DNA of 64,000 nt. Origin: Candidatus Saccharimonadales bacterium (GTDB lineage: Bacteria; Patescibacteriota; Saccharimonadia; QS-5-54-17). Location of the stretch: the NCBI GenBank assembly GCA_040903985.1, contig JBBDUI010000002.1, positions 599,633 to 663,632 on the forward strand, written 5' to 3'. A program made the position numbers and the translations under genes. Numbering within the stretch: the stretch's first letter is position 1; each line of letters starts with the position of its first letter. This document shows, piece by piece, positions 63,928 to 64,000 of this stretch. The notes beneath the pieces are model-generated. The model saw only the letters and a program-made list of their open reading frames with translations, was not told the DNA's origin and ran no database searches.

Positions 63928-64000
63928 CGTTTCCTCCTAATGTTTAATTTACAACGATATAAACATAGTATACCCAATCAAATTCGATTGTGCAAACGCA

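Noticed and set aside
1-64000. CRISPR arrays and rRNA genes.
   Set aside because: No regularly spaced short direct repeats and no rRNA-like sequence were seen. The only tandem repeat (51717..51995) is in-frame coding sequence of a repeat protein.

Overview
This 64 kb window comes from a roughly 50% GC bacterial chromosome that uses the standard genetic code. Core genes include a two-component system, lemA, htpX, ligA, murF, leuS, rpmF, nusB, a Nudix gene, rnc, rpsP, a KH protein, trmD, sodN/sodX, tatAC, a competence-type comEC, a LOG-family gene, a P-type ATPase and six tRNAs. The gene content and the tight ATGA/TAATG gene couplings suggest a small-genome monoderm-type lineage, perhaps CPR/Saccharibacteria-like, but I hold that guess with low confidence.

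Two things stand out. First, a roughly 12 kb low-GC (about 33-36%) island sits at the 3' end of tRNA-Gly (8054 to about 19900). It carries a large serine recombinase, a macro-domain gene, an MmeI-like type IIG/IIL restriction-modification enzyme, and a tightly packed four-gene module. That module is an unknown gene, a HARE-HTH nuclease, a Cas4-like/DUF2779 Fe-S nuclease, and an unknown protein with a C-terminal PD-(D/E)xK motif. It looks like a candidate uncharacterised defense cluster.

Second, at least six dispersed paralogs share a near-identical N-terminal approximately 35-aa leader (M-x-R-L-P-I-P-G-S-D-x-G-x-W-G-D-I-L-N-E-[FY]-L) followed by a phage-tail-fibre collar motif (GGTMTG...DAATKxYVD). 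Each is joined to a different C-terminal module: beta-helix, beta-propeller, Gly-rich, or BNR/Asp-box. These modules are either fused to the leader or encoded as ATGA-coupled downstream genes. No phage virion genes are visible nearby. I read this as a modular tail-fibre-like surface, attachment or effector family.

Other notable points are a tRNA-Phe 3'-end direct repeat remnant, a 46-bp perfect palindrome operator flanking a small Cas2/PaaX-like gene, a high-GC membrane gene with a strong hairpin, and a G8 homopolymer inside a Gly-rich tail-fibre gene. There are also a 78-bp tandem repeat in a lamin-tail-domain (LTD) protein and a NiSOD/SodX pair. No CRISPR array or rRNA is present.
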